Part shown: piece after piece, positions 8,380 to 16,604 of the stretch | Numbering within the stretch: the first letter of the stretch is position 1 | Layout: each line of letters begins with the position of its first letter | Virus record (IMG/VR): IMGVR_UViG_3300037187_000021 | Location: 1-53,346 of that record | Origin: a virus | Taxonomy: Duplodnaviria > Caudoviricetes | Length of the DNA stretch: 53,346 bases | Reading direction: 5' to 3' (one strand) | Translations under genes and position numbers: made by a program | The notes under the pieces: model-generated | Databases searched by the model: none | What the model was told of the DNA's origin: nothing | The model's input: only the letters and a program-made list of their open reading frames with translations

Positions 8380-8712
8380 ATGAGCACAAGCCCTCCCACA
8401 GTATCCGCGCCGACAGCTTCATCTGTCCTGCAATCCGCCGAGGCGATTGCGATCAATGCTTTCCTGCCTACCCTCGCTAATATCAATGCTGCCGTACAGG
8501 CTAACCCGGCGAATGCGTCATGGGAAAACATCATCGGCGGCGAAGGCGTCTCTTGGCTTGCACAGCTTCAAGCTGATGTTCCAAACCTTCAGGAAGCTGA
8601 AGCCCAATTCCTGCTTCAGCAAGGTTTTACTTTTGTGCAGGGCGTTGCCGCAGCGCAGTTAAATCCTGCGCCTACCCCTTCAACTCCGGCCACGCCGCTT
8701 GTCGCTGGGTAA
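8380..8712 (+). CDS. Hypothetical protein in the lysis cassette
   Basis: RBS AGGAG; A/Q/P-rich, no basic residues. Confidence 0.65.
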   Translation: MSTSPPTVSAPTASSVLQSAEAIAINAFLPTLANINAAVQANPANASWENIIGGEGVSWLAQLQADVPNLQEAEAQFLLQQGFTFVQGVAAAQLNPAPTPSTPATPLVAG

Positions 8713-8713
8713 G

Positions 8714-9337
8714 ATGAATGATTCAGATATCGTCCGGCTATGCGCCGCAATCTATCAGGCGCAGCCGGGCGGTTTTTGGGACCATTACTGGGATGGCTCA
8801 GATCCCGATGGCATCTGCGCTGGGATTAAAGACAACACCCTGATCTGCCGTGGATCCTATGATCTTGAGGACTGGGAGCGTGATTTCGAGGTTATCCGGT
8901 TTGGGCAACCTTTCTATCACCCGCAATTCGGCCCCGTTCATGCCGGAATGGATTTAGGACTTGACCAGTTTTTTCAAAAAGCTTCCCAGTTTCTCGGTGC
9001 AGGTGCCGCTTTCGGCGGTCACAGCCTTGGCGCAGCGCGCGCGGCAGCTTTGGCAGGGCGATATATCCTTGCGGGAGGCACTCCGGGGCGGACTTCGCTC
9101 TATGGCTGCCCAAGATACGGAACCGCCCAATTCGCCGGAATCCTGAAACCATTTCCCGGCGCCTCATTCCGCAACGGGGCTGACCCGGTGCCAGAGGTTC
9201 CACTGCTGATCGGCATCCATGTAGCTGCCGATCCGATACCACTTCAGGCGGTCAGAATTGAGCCCACAGACTGGACAGAAGGGCTTATGGCTTTCCACAA
9301 CATTAACCTTTATATCGAAGGGGTTGCCAATGGCTGA
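8714..9337 (+). CDS. Class 3 lipase (alpha/beta hydrolase)
   Basis: RGS lid region, VHAG, nucleophile elbow GHSLG, YGCPR.G, DPVP.VP and C-terminal His. Confidence 0.88.
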   Translation: MNDSDIVRLCAAIYQAQPGGFWDHYWDGSDPDGICAGIKDNTLICRGSYDLEDWERDFEVIRFGQPFYHPQFGPVHAGMDLGLDQFFQKASQFLGAGAAFGGHSLGAARAAALAGRYILAGGTPGRTSLYGCPRYGTAQFAGILKPFPGASFRNGADPVPEVPLLIGIHVAADPIPLQAVRIEPTDWTEGLMAFHNINLYIEGVANG

Positions 9338-9770
9338 CACAAATCAATTCTCCGATCAGGACATTCTCGCCATGACCGCCATCGGGGAATCCGAAAGCCG
9401 CGGCGAAGCCGGCATGACGCAAACCGTCTGCACGGTGATGAACCGCGTGAAGGCCAATCTGTTATGGATGGGAGGCGACAATGCGCGAAGCGTCTGTCTT
9501 GCTCGAAATCAATACGACTGCTGGTGGCCGCAGACAGGTAACCCGGACCGGCAACGTATTCTCGATATCGCCCTTAATGATCGAGCCTATGATGCCTTTG
9601 TGGTGGCTCTCGGCATCGCTGCAAGCGCCTTAGCTGGCGACCTGGTGGACATTACAAATGGGGCTGTCAGCTATGGCGATGATGGAGAGCGTCCAGAAGT
9701 GCATCCGGGATCAGAGCCATGTCTAGCGGATGGTGACAGAGTGTTTTTTGGGTTAGAGGCGGTCGCCTGA
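9330..9770 (+). CDS. Endolysin, SleB/Hydrolase_2 cell-wall hydrolase
   Basis: LAMTAIGE..RGEAGM...VMNRV...VC....QYDCW and DITNGA..Y motifs. Confidence 0.85.
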   Translation: MADTNQFSDQDILAMTAIGESESRGEAGMTQTVCTVMNRVKANLLWMGGDNARSVCLARNQYDCWWPQTGNPDRQRILDIALNDRAYDAFVVALGIAASALAGDLVDITNGAVSYGDDGERPEVHPGSEPCLADGDRVFFGLEAVA

Positions 9771-9932
9771 TTATTTCCTCGACGGCAAATTCAACCGGCG
9801 CGCCTTACCGAGCACAGAGCATCGGGTAAACGGCTTGCCAAGTTCCTTGGCGATCTCACTGGCGGGTTGCCCCGCGCGCCAGCACGCGCGTAGCACCTTT
9901 TCCTTTTCGGGAGTCCACGGATTTGCGTGCAT
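9771..9932 (-). CDS. gcrA: GcrA-like N-terminal DNA-binding domain protein (53 aa, absent from ORF track)
   Basis: MHANPWTPEKEKVLRACWRAGQPASEIAKELGKPFTRCSVLGKARRLNL matches the GcrA pattern WT.E....L..LW..G.SAS.IA..LG..TRN.V.GK..RL.L; TGATG coupling to csp. Confidence 0.85.
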   Translation of the reverse strand: MHANPWTPEKEKVLRACWRAGQPASEIAKELGKPFTRCSVLGKARRLNLPSRK

Positions 9933-10132
9933 CACAAGAGCCTTATATTGGCGGCTTCTTTTCCTTTTTTGCCTTCGATCAGATCGAATTCAATCTTCTG
10001 ACGATCCGCCAGTTCAAAAATCCCCGATTTATCGAGCTGAGATTTATGAACGAAGACGTCTTTCTCTCCACCATCAGGCGCGATAAAACCAAAGCCCTTT
10101 GTGGCGTTAAACCATTTCACCGTACCGCGCAT
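9932..10132 (-). CDS. cspA: Cold-shock domain protein
   Basis: GTVKWFN..KGFGFI (RNP1) and DVFVH (RNP2); RBS AAGGAG. Confidence 0.95.
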   Translation of the reverse strand: MRGTVKWFNATKGFGFIAPDGGEKDVFVHKSQLDKSGIFELADRQKIEFDLIEGKKGKEAANIRLL

Positions 10133-10155
10133 CCTACTCACTCCTTTGATGGTTG

Positions 10156-10203
10156 TTAAAAAGCAGCGACCGGCCACGAGAGGGAATCTCAAAACCGGTC
10201 GCT
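10156..10203 (-). terminator. Hairpin plus U-tract in the csp leader
   Basis: AGCGACCGG/CCGGTCGCT 9-bp stem followed by GCTTTTT on the minus strand. Confidence 0.5.
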
Positions 10204-10231
10204 ACCTATCCGTCGCTTGAGGACAACGGAA

Positions 10232-10693
10232 TTACTTTTTGTCGATCGGCAATGTAGGCTCATCGACATCGATTTCAGGCTCAGACCGCTGCGACATGAA
10301 GGGCGCGATGTCGGACAGAACGATTGTCACTCCGCCACCTTGTGAGTCCATCAGATCATGACGATGCGGCGATTGACCGCTGGCCTCGATCACGATTTTC
10401 AATCCGTCTTTCACGGCAACCTGTTTGACGGTTCCGTTGACGGATTTAAAGCCGCGCCCCGCGATAATCTTCGCGCTGCGCCGAACAACATCCTTGGCGG
10501 TGTACTCGGCAGCTTCGGCGATGTCGCGTTGCTTGGCTTCCGGAATCTTTTTCCAGTCGGCGTGGTTCTTGAAGATGGTCAAAATCTGATCGCGGATTCC
10601 GCCGACCAGCGTTGCTGCCTGAACATCGATCACGGCGTTTTCTTCCTTGTGATTCGGTTCGGCCTTCTTGGAGGCTGCTTTCTTTTTCGACAT
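10232..10693 (-). CDS. Phage hypothetical protein
   Basis: 153-aa ORF with RBS and normal composition. Confidence 0.8.
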   Translation of the reverse strand: MSKKKAASKKAEPNHKEENAVIDVQAATLVGGIRDQILTIFKNHADWKKIPEAKQRDIAEAAEYTAKDVVRRSAKIIAGRGFKSVNGTVKQVAVKDGLKIVIEASGQSPHRHDLMDSQGGGVTIVLSDIAPFMSQRSEPEIDVDEPTLPIDKK

Positions 10694-10731
10694 GAGATTT
10701 TCCTTGAGAAAGAGAGTTGCGAGGACTTAAA

Positions 10732-10762
10732 TCTTGACACACCCGAATCACCTGTGTCAAGA
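10732..10762. promoter_or_regulatory. Palindromic pair of -35 boxes between divergent genes
   Basis: TCTTGACACA-11 bp-TGTGTCAAGA perfect inverted repeat, TTGACA on each strand. Confidence 0.55.
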
Positions 10763-10769
10763 ATCGTAG

Positions 10770-11036
10770 ATGATGAAGCCGCGCCAAAATCAGAAAATCC
10801 GCCGTCGCTCTCACCGGGAGGTGGGCATCTTCTCAAAAAGAGGGGTCCTCCGAGTCGTTGAATTGCATCCGACAAAGGGCTTTCGTGAGCAGAACGGAGA
10901 AAACTGGCGCGGTGATTTTGAGAAAGCGGCCGCCACGAATTCGCCCATCAAACTGGCGCGCGGCAAGACAAGGCAGGTTCTCGTGTCGCCGGTTCAAACC
11001 AACAAGCCGAAGATCATGCACAGGAAGACGGGATGA
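10770..11036 (+). CDS. Small basic hypothetical protein
   Basis: Follows a TTGACA box; contains LHPTKGFR, a motif I recall from small phage proteins. Confidence 0.5.
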   Translation: MMKPRQNQKIRRRSHREVGIFSKRGVLRVVELHPTKGFREQNGENWRGDFEKAAATNSPIKLARGKTRQVLVSPVQTNKPKIMHRKTG

Positions 11037-11306
11037 GGGAACTCTACTGCACAAAATGTCGCATGTCTTTTACGGCACTCCGCACGCAGTGCGATTATGG
11101 TGTCCTAGAGTATTGCAAAGGCGGTGGCGCGCATCACTTCACGGAAGAAAAACTCCCGGAATTAATTCCGGCTAATCACGAAGGAATAGAGAAGGTGCAA
11201 TAATGCCGCCGCCTAAAATGAAAAATAACGGCATGAATGCTTGCCCCATTGCACCTGATAAACTCCCAAGCTTCATCGGATAGCGTAGGGGCCGTGGTTT
11301 CTGTTG

Positions 11307-11468
11307 TCATAGCAAAACTCCATGTACTGTATTTGCAGAAAGATTAAAGCCGCGAACCCACGCCGCTTTCTCTTCATTGTTTTCCATCGGACAGTCCTTT
11401 AATCCTCTTCCATTGATGAATGCGGCATATCCTCTGCGCTCAGCTTCTTGTATTTCTGGGTCGGTCAT
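11307..11468 (-). CDS. Ribosome modulation factor (Rmf)-like protein (53 aa, absent from ORF track)
   Basis: EAERRGYAAFINGRGLKDCPMENNEEKAAWVRGF parallels the Rmf pattern A..RGY.AG..GR....CPY......WL.GW; RBS GGAGG. Confidence 0.75.
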   Translation of the reverse strand: MTDPEIQEAERRGYAAFINGRGLKDCPMENNEEKAAWVRGFNLSANTVHGVLL

Positions 11469-11487
11469 GCTGTAGCCTCCAATTCGA

Positions 11488-11832
11488 CTAACATATCTGG
11501 TTGACGATAGGCTTCCTCAATGTGCGCAATGGACGCCCCAGTTTCACAACTCCGGTTCTGGTTTCGAATGGCGTGCCCGGGATTTTGGAAAGTGTTTTGT
11601 AGAATTTCGGCGCGGCCAAACCGATGCGAGGTTTTTTAGGCTTTCCATTTTCGAGTTGATGCGCGAGGTATAGAACGCCGTCGAAGATTTTTGATCCTTT
11701 CGGTCTACCCCATTGCGCTCCGACGTAGACCCTGATTTTTTTACCGTCGGCGTTTTCGGTCGGATAGTCCTTGCCGTCCCGCCGCATCGCCAAGCTCTCG
11801 TGATGCGATCCGGGTTTAGGGCCGCGTTTCAT
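11488..11832 (-). CDS. Basic protein with AT-hook-like motifs
   Basis: RGPKPGS, GRPKGSK, KLGRP; ATGA overlap with the primase stop. Confidence 0.7.
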   Translation of the reverse strand: MKRGPKPGSHHESLAMRRDGKDYPTENADGKKIRVYVGAQWGRPKGSKIFDGVLYLAHQLENGKPKKPRIGLAAPKFYKTLSKIPGTPFETRTGVVKLGRPLRTLRKPIVNQIC

Positions 11833-14084
11833 GTCGCCCTGTACCGGAACGTCGGCCTCCCTGCACCCACCGCAACCTTTTCTTCCTTGATCTCGCACCG
11901 CTCGACGAGGCTGCCCAATATCTCCATGCGCGTGCGGGTTTGAATGCCCTGGAAGGATCGCGTGAGATCGGCGCGCGTAACCCAGCCGTCGTTTATGGAT
12001 CCTTTATCCCTAATACAGCGCAAAATACGCTTCGTCTGTGATTCCAACTCCGTTGAAGAAACATAATCGCTGATCGCGGAGGCCATATAGGTGCAGCAAA
12101 ACTTCGCCATCGCTACGGCCCATTCCGCGACCTTCAATTCGATCTGATCGCCTTCATGTGCCACCAGTGCTAGCCGCCGCGCATGTTCTCCCGCGCGCGA
12201 CCATATCGAGCCCGTGTTATCGCCCCGCAATTCGCCCATGATGGCTGTCTTGCGCATGTCGGTCGCGAAAGATTTGAGGCACGCATTCGCGGCCCCAGAG
12301 GCTTTGATAAGCCGGGGAACGACACGCACGGCATCAGCGAGATTGCCTTGGTTCGGCTCTGAATTGAAAGATTGCTCTTTCCAGAATTTGCAAATATCGA
12401 CAAGGCTTTGCGGCACTTCGGCGAAAGTCTGTTCGTGATCCTCTTCTTCCATCGTGTAATCCTTGCTCTCGAATATCAGCCAGCGCGAAAGAAACCCGTC
12501 GATTGCCTCTGACCCGGATAACGCTTCGTAAAAATGGGATGGCACACTGGTGGCGTAAATCGAAAGACACGGCTGATCGATCGGCTTCATGGGATTGCGG
12601 CCATCGTGATTCGCGTATGACTTACCCATATAGACGGATTGCGCCGAAGAGAATAATTCGATCAGCGCCGTGACGGTATCGCGTTCATGGCTACCGGCTT
12701 TCCAGCCGGAAATCTGTTTTAGAATCCGGCCAAACTCGTCCCACAAAATAAGTCCACGGCCTTCGCCCCGATCCCGCAAGCCGCTAACAAGACCGGCGCT
12801 GCTGGCAGGGACTCCGAGTTCTGTATGACCAAGGCCGCTATCATGCAACATGCGCTTGACAATTGTTCGCGCGTGATCCTTGCCCGAGCCGGAAGGCGCA
12901 AGGCCGATGATGTAGAAATTCGTTCGAAGATTCGTCTCACTTCTTACCTTCCTTCCCATGAGGTTGCCGGCCAAAGACAAAGCCGCTCCCAATGCCAGGA
13001 CCGGTTGCGGCATCAGGGAAGTGCGGTTTATAAATGACTCTATTTTACCGGGCAATCCAGGTGCGTCGAGGAGTTCCGAAGGAAAAATAATACTGTCGGT
13101 TTTGCGTGATGAAGATGGCGTATCGCTTTGTGCAATTTCGATCATCTCGGATTTCGGAACCACATAAAGGCCGGTCTTTTTGCCGTTAAGTTCGAAATCT
13201 TCCTCGACCCCATCGAGATAATCAATTGGCGCGCAGGAATATCCGTTATCCATGCTGTGATAGAAAAGCGAAGCTATAGTTAGACCCTGACCGTGAAAAC
13301 TTTTCCATTTGGCTTGCATCTCGCGCTGGTTATATTTACTGGACGTCGACGACCATTTGTCCCACATGCCGAAAGCGGCTTCGCCGAATTTGTCCTTAAG
13401 ACACATACCTATCCTGATCCACAGATCGTAATCTTCGGCGGGAATGTAATCGAGCGCATCGGCGACTTCACTTTTTTTAGTGTCATCGTACACCATGATA
13501 TGCCGCGCTTCATTGATGATGCGTGGCTCCGGCGTAAAAATCTTTCCTATCTCATGAATGGCCGTGATCGGAATATGCGGCAAAGCGGATGTCGGCGTGT
13601 TTTCTAGGGTTGATTCTGACAACCATTTATAGGGAAACCCGTCCGGATGGATCGATGGCGGCAATACGCATTGCCGACCTTGTGAAAGAATATCCAATAC
13701 TCGCTGTCCGTCCTTACTGTAACCCTGACTCTTCTGCCCGTTATAGGCGTAAAACATTGTCTTGCCCTTTGCGCCGACCTTGCCAACCGGAGAAGGAGGA
13801 AGCAGAGACTCGATTTTTTCATGTAGTCCTCCGATATCGTGATCGTAATCGACTGCAACAAGATTGGAGGCAACGCCGAGGCAGACCCCGATATTACAGT
13901 CCTTCCACTTCAACCAGCGTTCGAAAGTTTTATCATCGGCGGCTTGCACGCCATAGTCGCTCCACTTTTCTATGGCGGGTCTTTTGGAATGCGGCAAAAG
14001 AGGAATGACGCTTAGGCCATTCGTGCGGAGGGGATTTGCAGCGATGAGAAAGGGAGATGGCATGAACTGACTCGGCAATGTCAA
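11829..14084 (-). CDS. Bifunctional primase-polymerase with PriCT-2 and DUF3987-type helicase domains
   Basis: NIG...VAVDYD, VLPPSIHPDG..Y.W; YDLWIRIGM.LK...WDKWS (PriCT-2); P-loop APSGSGKD and ILWDE. Confidence 0.92.
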   Translation of the reverse strand: MTLPSQFMPSPFLIAANPLRTNGLSVIPLLPHSKRPAIEKWSDYGVQAADDKTFERWLKWKDCNIGVCLGVASNLVAVDYDHDIGGLHEKIESLLPPSPVGKVGAKGKTMFYAYNGQKSQGYSKDGQRVLDILSQGRQCVLPPSIHPDGFPYKWLSESTLENTPTSALPHIPITAIHEIGKIFTPEPRIINEARHIMVYDDTKKSEVADALDYIPAEDYDLWIRIGMCLKDKFGEAAFGMWDKWSSTSSKYNQREMQAKWKSFHGQGLTIASLFYHSMDNGYSCAPIDYLDGVEEDFELNGKKTGLYVVPKSEMIEIAQSDTPSSSRKTDSIIFPSELLDAPGLPGKIESFINRTSLMPQPVLALGAALSLAGNLMGRKVRSETNLRTNFYIIGLAPSGSGKDHARTIVKRMLHDSGLGHTELGVPASSAGLVSGLRDRGEGRGLILWDEFGRILKQISGWKAGSHERDTVTALIELFSSAQSVYMGKSYANHDGRNPMKPIDQPCLSIYATSVPSHFYEALSGSEAIDGFLSRWLIFESKDYTMEEEDHEQTFAEVPQSLVDICKFWKEQSFNSEPNQGNLADAVRVVPRLIKASGAANACLKSFATDMRKTAIMGELRGDNTGSIWSRAGEHARRLALVAHEGDQIELKVAEWAVAMAKFCCTYMASAISDYVSSTELESQTKRILRCIRDKGSINDGWVTRADLTRSFQGIQTRTRMEILGSLVERCEIKEEKVAVGAGRPTFRYRAT

Positions 14085-14101
14085 GGACGGGAATCAAACG
14101 C

Positions 14102-14260
14102 TTATTTTGCTTCCTGTTCAAGTCCAATGTCGATCAGCCGCCGGGTAGTTTCTGCTGGTCTTTCGTCGCGGTTAAATGCGAGACGTCGGATTTTCTGTTT
14201 TGCCTTCTTTGATATATTAACTGAAAATTTTTCGGTAGCTTTCTCCGCCGATTTCGCCAT
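14102..14260 (-). CDS. Ribbon-helix-helix transcriptional regulator (52 aa, absent from ORF track)
   Basis: EKFSVNISKKAKQKIRRLAFNRDERPAETTRRLIDIGLEQE: alternating beta strand plus two helices; first gene of the leftward operon. Confidence 0.72.
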   Translation of the reverse strand: MAKSAEKATEKFSVNISKKAKQKIRRLAFNRDERPAETTRRLIDIGLEQEAK

Positions 14261-14295
14261 GATTTTTTCTCCGGGGTGCTAAGAACCTTTTCCGC

Positions 14296-14324
14296 TTGAC
14301 AGTCAGGAAACTATCAAATAGGTT
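14296..14324 (+). promoter_or_regulatory. Promoter in divergent intergenic region
   Basis: TTGACA-17 bp-TAGGTT upstream of 14359. Confidence 0.5.
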
Positions 14325-14358
14325 GATTCGCGTCCACTAAAAAACGGAGATCCTCAAA

Positions 14359-14760
14359 ATGTCCAAGCAAGTCACGCCAATCGACCCTTCGCTTTCGCTC
14401 CGCTGGAAGGAAGCGAAGGCTAGGTTATCAGAAGCACAAGCCGCTTTATTGAAAATCGAAAGCGATATTTACGAGGCGACGCAAGAAGCTCTCGGCAAAA
14501 TGCCCGAAAAAGGTACGCTTCATGTCACCGGCATGGTGATCGACCTTGGTTTCACGGAGAAATGGGACGATCAAAAGCTGCATGAGATAGCGCAAAACTG
14601 GTCAAAGATTTCCAACAATCCATTTCCGTTTAAGCCCGTGTGGAAAGCGGATGGCAAATCCGTTTCCTACCTTCGCGACAACGCAAAAGAGGCTTATGAT
14701 AAGCTTGCGGAAGCGTTGACGCTAACGCCGAGGAAGCCTTCGTTTAAGGCGGAAGAATAA
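14359..14760 (+). CDS. Hypothetical protein of the recombination/replication module
   Basis: RBS GGAG; terminal T..KPSF motif; precedes Sak4. Confidence 0.8.
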   Translation: MSKQVTPIDPSLSLRWKEAKARLSEAQAALLKIESDIYEATQEALGKMPEKGTLHVTGMVIDLGFTEKWDDQKLHEIAQNWSKISNNPFPFKPVWKADGKSVSYLRDNAKEAYDKLAEALTLTPRKPSFKAEE

Positions 14761-14762
14761 TC

Positions 14763-15023
14763 ATGATGGCACTTATGGATTTTAATCTGGGAAAGTCCTT
14801 TCCGCCTACTTCGTATGACGAAGCACTCGAACAATCCGTTGCAGAAGCGATGAGATTGATTCCAGATTATGATCTCTCATTTCAATGTTTTTCAGAGAAA
14901 GATTTTGAAGAATTTTATCAATTAATTGTGGAGTTAAGAAATCCACTAATGGGGAATCTATTGTGTGTAAAGTATTTAAAGATGCTGGAACGCGCCTATC
15001 TGCAACTCAAGAATTGGGAGTAA
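14763..15023 (+). CDS. Hypothetical protein
   Basis: AT-rich ORF packed between neighbours. Confidence 0.6.
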   Translation: MMALMDFNLGKSFPPTSYDEALEQSVAEAMRLIPDYDLSFQCFSEKDFEEFYQLIVELRNPLMGNLLCVKYLKMLERAYLQLKNWE

Positions 15024-15026
15024 GTC

Positions 15027-15833
15027 ATGTCACTAAATCTCGCCGACCGGAAGCCGACACAAAATCTTCTGCCGCCGCGACTGGTCATCTATGGCCCACC
15101 GAAGATCGGAAAGACGAGTCTTGCGGCTAGCATTCCCGACAATATCCTTCTCGATTATGAAGGAGGTTCAGGTTTTACGAAGGTTTCGCGCGTCGAAAAG
15201 GGCGAACTGGATTCCTATGATAAGACGATTTCCGCTCTCACTCAGCTTTGCAACGATAAGCATTCCTTCCAATGCGTCACCATCGATACGGTCGACTGGA
15301 TGCAATCATATGTCGGCGAGGAAGCCGCCAAGGAATACAGTACGCATGACAAGACCTATTCGACTGCCGAGGAAGTGCCGTATGGCGCCGGAACCGTGAC
15401 TATGCAGAATATCTTTAAGACGCAGATCCTGGATGCGCTTGATTATCTGCGCATGGAAAAAAACATGATGATTATTTTGTTGGCGCATGAATGCATCCGG
15501 CGCTACGACAACCCCACAACGCAGTCGTATGATCGCTACACGCTAAAGCTTCAAGAAAATACGAAAGGCATCGGTGTATGCTCGCTCATAAAGGAATGGG
15601 CCGATGCTATCCTGTTCGCGAATCTCGAAACATTTGTGAACCTCGAACAGATCGGGCAGGATAAAAACAAGAAGCTTAAGAAGGCAAAGACGTCGCAAAA
15701 TATCATATTGCACACGCAGGAAAGCCCGGCCTTCCTCGCTGGCAACAGGTATGGTTTCCCAGCGACGTTGCCGTTCTCATGGCAAGCGATTGAGCAAGCT
15801 TTAGCAAACGCCTTTAACCAGAAGGCCGCATAA
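15027..15833 (+). CDS. Sak4-like AAA_24 ATPase (ssDNA annealing)
   Basis: YGPPKIGKTS Walker A, VTIDTVDW, YG.G, ILLAH, EWAD.ILFA, A.NRY. Confidence 0.9.
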   Translation: MSLNLADRKPTQNLLPPRLVIYGPPKIGKTSLAASIPDNILLDYEGGSGFTKVSRVEKGELDSYDKTISALTQLCNDKHSFQCVTIDTVDWMQSYVGEEAAKEYSTHDKTYSTAEEVPYGAGTVTMQNIFKTQILDALDYLRMEKNMMIILLAHECIRRYDNPTTQSYDRYTLKLQENTKGIGVCSLIKEWADAILFANLETFVNLEQIGQDKNKKLKKAKTSQNIILHTQESPAFLAGNRYGFPATLPFSWQAIEQALANAFNQKAA

Positions 15834-15874
15834 CGCGCGCGTGACGGCAACAGGCAAAACACAGGAGAGTAAAA

Positions 15875-16471
15875 ATGAGCATGGGAAATATGTCAGACCT
15901 CGATATGTCGGACGCCGAAGATTTACGCGAAGGCTTTAAAGCCGTACCGCCTGGCGACTATCAGCTTTATATGGAGAGCTCCGAACGCAAAACGAACAAA
16001 AAAGAGACGGGCGAATATCTCGCTTGCGTTTTTGTCGTCGCGGGCGGTGAGTACGAAAATTCCAAGATATTCTGCAATTTCAATTTGTGGAATACGAACA
16101 CCGAAGCCGTGCGTATAGCCAAAGCACAATGGCGCGCGCTTTGCGAGGCTGTTTTAGGTCAACCGAACGCCATCAATAACGACTCGGCAAGCCTTCATGA
16201 CAATCTCTTTGTGGCTCAGGTCGACAACAAGCCCGCGTACAATAAGGAGAGCGGCAAAAACGATCATCTGACGTTGCGCACCAACGAGTTGGTCTTCCGC
16301 AAGGGCACCCTCATGTCGATCAAGCAATACGATACGTTGATGGCGAATGTGAAGGATACGCCGAAGGTGGAACCAGCAACGCAAGTACCACAGCAAGGGC
16401 AAGGTATTCAGGTTGCGCCAACGGTTCAGCCGGGCCAAGGCAGCGTGCCCTGGAACCGCAGCAAGAAATAG
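15875..16471 (+). CDS. DUF669-type ssDNA-binding protein
   Basis: F..VPPGDY, GEYL...F.V..GEY...KIF..FNL.N; Q/P-rich tail ending PW; follows Sak4. Confidence 0.85.
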   Translation: MSMGNMSDLDMSDAEDLREGFKAVPPGDYQLYMESSERKTNKKETGEYLACVFVVAGGEYENSKIFCNFNLWNTNTEAVRIAKAQWRALCEAVLGQPNAINNDSASLHDNLFVAQVDNKPAYNKESGKNDHLTLRTNELVFRKGTLMSIKQYDTLMANVKDTPKVEPATQVPQQGQGIQVAPTVQPGQGSVPWNRSKK

Positions 16472-16604
16472 GAATTTTCGTCCATGTCCTGAAACGGCAC
16501 AGACGAGAATGGAGGCAGCGGTTCGGCAAGGGCTTACCGAAGTCCTCCCGAGGCAACGAAAGGACCCGCCGCTGCATTTCCATCATCCATAAGGATTATC
16601 CGGC

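Noticed and set aside
16475-16583. Hammerhead ribozyme
   Set aside because: A three-way junction is present but the CUGANGA core is not
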